This document shows, piece by piece, positions 59,450-64,000 of a stretch of 64,000 bases of DNA (position 1 is its first letter; the number at the start of each line of letters is the position of its first letter). The DNA comes from Isurus oxyrinchus (Eukaryota). The notes beneath the pieces are model-generated. The model saw only the letters and a program-made list of their open reading frames with translations, made no database searches and was not told the origin of the DNA. The stretch is from positions 496,001 to 560,000 of the forward strand of contig JANJGN010000385.1 of NCBI GenBank assembly GCA_026770705.1. Reading direction: 5' to 3'. Position numbers and translations under genes: made by a program.

Positions 59450-60060
59450 TCTATTACATAAGGGTAGGAGGAGGCCATTTGGCCCCTCGAGCCTGCTCCA
59501 CCATTCAGTGAGTTCATGGCTGATCTGCAAACTAGCCCCATATGCCTTTGTCCCATCTCCTTTAATACCTTTGGATAACAAAAATCTATCAGTCTCACAG
59601 GTTTAAAATGAACAACTTGATCGTGCATCAGTTCCTGTTTGGGGAAGAGAGTTCCAAATTTCTCCCACCCTTTGTACTTCCTAATTTAATTCCTTTTTAG
59701 GCTCTGACCCCGAGTCCCAGACTCCCCCCAACCAGGGGAAATGGTTTCTCTTTATCGCCCCCGATCGGTTCCCCTTAATATCATGCGAACTTTCATCAAA
59801 TCTCCTGCTTAACATTCTAACTTCCAGGGAATACAAGCCGAGTTTGTGTTTAATCTCTCCTTGTGATTTAACCCTTGGAGTCCCGGTCTCATTCTGGTAA
59901 ACTGACACTGCTCTCCCTCCGAGGTCAATATATCCTTCCTAAGGTGTGGGGCCCAGAATGTCTCACAGTGACTCCAGGTGTGGTCTAGCCAGGGCTTTAT
60001 GTAGACTGAAGCATGACCTCTGCCCCCTTATATTCTAATCCGTGAGATAGAAAGGGCAGA
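59450..60060 (-). mobile_element. CR1 LINE 3' fragment
   Basis: KLGLYSLE..R-type C-terminus followed by a CR1 tail. Confidence 0.8.
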
Positions 60061-62104
60061 GTTCCAGAATTGTTGTGTTTATTCGACAACAGAATAACAG
60101 AGGAAGGTTTCCTCTCTGCCCTCTTCAGCCCCACTGGGAAGGTCAGGATGAGAAGGTTGGGCTGGGTCCCCTGTACTGGACACTCGCTGAATCTTCCAAT
60201 GATAGTTCTGGGCTGGATTTCAAAACGCATAGACAAGGATTCAGTGTTCCATCACATTCTGCCTTTGTCTCTTTTCCTCTCGTTCTCTTTCTCTACCATC
60301 CTCTCTCTCTATCTATCTATCTTTCTCCTCATTCTCTCCTGCTTCATCTCTATCACTTTCTTTCTACTTCTTTGTGTGTCTCTGTCTGTCTCTCTCTCTC
60401 ACTCTTTCTTTCCTTGTCCTTATCTCTTTCAGTGTCTCCCTCTTTCTCTCTCTCTCTCTCTCTCTAAATGTGCCCCTCTCTAACAGTTTGGCCCAGTACT
60501 CTTATTTCCCTGTTTTACTGGTGTTCCATTTGAAGGTATACAAGACCAGATCAGACCAGAATGTTTATTTTCCAGTGTTTACTGTGTTTTTTTTCATTCT
60601 GGGTGTCTCTCGACTCTGTCTGTCCCTCTCTGTCCTTTTATTTCATTCTTTCATGTGATGTGGACATCACTGCCTAGGTCAGCATTTATTGCCCAACCCT
60701 AATTGCCCTTGTTCAGAGGCCACTTTTTAAAAGTGAACCACATTGCTGTGGGTCTGGAGTCACATGTAGGCCAGACCAGGTAAGGACAGCAGATTTCCCT
60801 CCCTAAAGGGCATTTGTGACCCTAATACAAGAATCAGCAATGGTTTCCTGGTCATCATCGGACTTTTAATTCCAGGTTTTTATTGAATTGAAATTCCACC
60901 AACTGCTGTGGTGAGATTCTAACCAGGGTCCCAGGAGCATTACACTGGGTCTCTGGATTACTGGTCCAGTGAAAATACCATCAGGCCAACACCTCCCCAC
61001 TCTTCCCTTCCACCATCTTTCACACTTGTTCTCTCTCTCTCTCACTCTCCTTCTCTCTACTCCCTCTCTCAGTCTCTGTCTGTCTCTCAATCTCTCTATC
61101 GCTCTCTCTCTCCCTGTCGCTCTCTCTCTGACTGTCTCCCTCCCTATATCTGTAACCTCCTCTCTCTGTCCCTTTCCTCCAGCCCCTACAACCCTCCCTA
61201 TCTCTGTAACCTCCTCCACCTCCCACAACCCTCCCTATATCTGTAACCTCCTCCACAAGCCCATACAATCCTCCCTATCCCTGTAACAACCTCCAGCCTG
61301 ACAACACCCCTATACATGTCACCTCCTCTAGCCACTGTAACCCTAATACTCTCCCAAGCCTCCACCAGCCTTGACAATCCTGCCCATCTCTGTAACATCC
61401 TCCAACCACCACAACCCTCCCTATTTCTGTAATCTCTTCCAGTCCCTACAACCCTCCCTATCTCTACAACCTGCTCCACCCCCTGCAACTCGCCCTATCT
61501 CTGTGTCATCCTCCAGCCCCTACAACCCTCCCTATACCTGTAACCAACTCCAGCCCCTACAACCCTCCCTATCTCTGGAACAGCTTCCAGCACCTACAAC
61601 CCTCCCTATCTCTGTAACCTCCTCCAGCCCCTACAACACTCCTTATCTCTGTAACCTCCTCCAGCCCCTACAACCCTCCCTATCTCTGTAACCTCCTCCA
61701 GCCCCTGTAACCCTCCCCATCTCTTGAAGGGTTCTCAAAATTTCCAACTGTCAAGGAACCCTGGGTTGGTGAGCGTGACCCCTGACCTCCTAGTGCAATT
61801 TGGTTAGGGTTTGGGGGTGGGACAAGGGTAAGGGCATTAGTAGCGTGATTCTCCCTCGTTATGCCGTGTGTTCCCCATTCTTAACTCAGTGTACTTTGTA
61901 AGTCTGTATAATCTCAGTGTCAACCTAATGTTATAAGTTCATTTGTGACTTCAGTAAACTCAGTTTTTGTCTTGCACCAAAACCAGTTGTCTGCTGCACT
62001 TTGTGACAAGCCCCGAATAAGTCCAAGGTCTAGAACCCAGGGAGTGGGAGCGATTCAGACGGCTCAGAAGTCGCAGGTGAAGCTGACACACACCACCACA
62101 CCCT

Positions 62105-62515
62105 ACAAGGGGCTGAATGGCCTCCTCCTGTTCCTGTGTAATGGGCATCAGTGGCTGAATGGCCTCCTCCTGTTCCTGTATAACGGACATAAGTGGCAGA
62201 ATGGCCTCCTCCTGTTTCTGTGTAACAGTCTTGAGGGGGCTGAATGGCCTCCTCCTGTTCCTGTGTAACAGTCTCGAGGGGACTGAATGGCCTCTTCCTG
62301 TTCCTGTGTAACAGGCTCGAGGGGACTGAATGGCCTCCTCCTGTTCCTGTGTAACAGGCTTGAGGGGGCTGAATGGCCTTTTCCTGTATCTGTGTAACAG
62401 GCTCAATGGGCTGAATGGCCCCCTTCTGTTCCTGTGTAACAGTCTCGAGGGGGCTGAATGGGCCTCTTCCTGTTCCTGTGTAACAGGCTCGAGGGGCTGA
62501 ATGGCCTCCTTCTGC
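62105..62515. repeat. ~42-bp CR1-tail minisatellite
   Basis: Same unit as 20110-21300. Confidence 0.9.
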
Positions 62516-62799
62516 ACTGTAAACTTGTTGTGATACTGTAACTGCCTCTTTGGTTTCATTCAGCTGAATCTTCAGCTCTTCAGTCTCTTCCTTGTATCTC
62601 TTGCCTTCCTCCTGGAACATTGGACATGGTTGGGTCTTCCCTGCCAACTGTTTCTTCAGTTTGCTCAGAGCGGCACAGAATTCGCTTTCTTTCTCTTCAG
62701 GATTTTCCAGTGGAACCAACTCTGACCTGAGGGACACTTGCAGCCTGTGAGGATGCTTCAATTCTTCAAACTCATTCCGAGATACACTCTCATATTCCC

Positions 62800-63455
62800 C
62801 CAGCAACTCAGCAACTCCTCCAGTGAAACATTTCAGAGCAGCTGAGCTTGGTTTTCTGGAACCAGTCTCGGCCCAGAAGACTAGGGCCCTCACCTGTCGC
62901 TATGATCACTGGAAGCTGGGCTGTCTGCTGCCTGTAGGACACAGGTACTGGGATGAGGTCCTTTCCCTGTATGGATTCTCCAGTGTGTGTCTTCAGCTGA
63001 TCCATTGTTGGCTCTAAATTCAGCGTCTGGGTTCCTTCATTTAGCTGTTTAAATGTGGGCTCTTCCACCACTGTGTCTGAGGCTCCCGTATCTGCCCCAT
63101 TACTAGTGGCTGCCCATTCACTTGGGTTGTGATGGTTATAGGTTCAGTTTTTACCACTGTGACATTGGACAGGGAATAGACATCGGTATCAGCAGCTTCA
63201 GGCTCTGTGATATTATTCACTTCCATCATGTTGGTGCACTGCCTGGTGGGCTGTCTCGATTTCACCCTGCATTGCTTTATTACCCACCCCTTTCTTGTGG
63301 CAGTGATGGCATTCTGCCCCCTTGAACCTGCAGGTGTCCAGTACGTGCTCAATGCCCCCCACATCGAGAACAGGCCAACTTCGGAGTTGCTGCTGAAATA
63401 CTCCCACGAAGCCTTTTAGTTTCTGGAGCGGCAGAGACTGTCTCTCGCTTGGCGG

Positions 63456-63490
<35 letters not shown>

Positions 63491-64000
63491 GTTTGAGCCT
63501 CACGCCCGGTGGTTGGTTCCTGTCCCAGCTGAGGACTGGTGCCATGTTGTACATCCTGTAAATCCCGCCAGTCTCTCCCAGCACTTTCCATGCCTGGCGC
63601 TATTTCCATGGTGCGCTTCAAATCGATGTCGGCTTCTGCGAGTAAACGGCTCTGAATGGCGTTGGGGTGAACGACACAAACCAATCGGCCCCGCAACATG
63701 TCATTGAGTGTGTCTCCGAGGTCCCAGTGCTCAGTCACCTGCTTCCACTTCACTGTATAAGTTGTGATGGACTCTCCCTGGGCCCTTACTCTGGAGTTAA
63801 ACTTAAACTTCTGCATTATTACCCACGGCTTCAGCTGAAAACACATCTTCATGAGGTCGACTAATTGGTGAAAAGATTTAGAATTGGGTGCAATACACGT
63901 CACTGTCTTCAGCTCTGAGACTGTCAATCCTCACCAAACAATTCTTCCCTTCCAAGTCGCCGATTATTTTAGCACGTCCCACGAATGTGGCCACCCCATA
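62800..64000 (-). mobile_element. Gypsy (Mag-like) gag/protease fragment
   Basis: KFKFNSRVR..MLRGRLVC..CSRCGGH..GEGPSLLGRDW, with frameshifts. Confidence 0.85.

Overview
Vertebrate, very probably shark/elasmobranch, genomic DNA, judged from the repeat landscape: CR1/L2 LINEs, DeuSINE-like SINEs, Mag-clade Gypsy elements and TE-derived minisatellites. The window holds a rearranged cluster of Siglec-like (MAG/CD22-family) Ig-superfamily receptor units. Three units are on the minus strand: A is leader-V-C2-Ig3 with damaged splice sites, B is leader + TM only with the Ig exons deleted, and C is a pseudogene. An orphan cytoplasmic exon carries tyrosine/ITIM-like motifs. One plus-strand unit, D, has a single leader, four tandem phase-1 V-set exons, one C2 exon and a TM exon with an intramembrane Arg and a short tyrosine-free tail (activating type). 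At 54.1-58.8 kb a three-exon hepcidin (hamp) gene lies on the minus strand and is not recovered as a hepcidin by the ORF track. It has an unusual extended loop and a frame conflict in exon 1. The hamp-Siglec adjacency mirrors the mammalian USF2-HAMP-MAG-CD22 block. Exon coordinates were read by hand from splice signals; TE boundaries are approximate.
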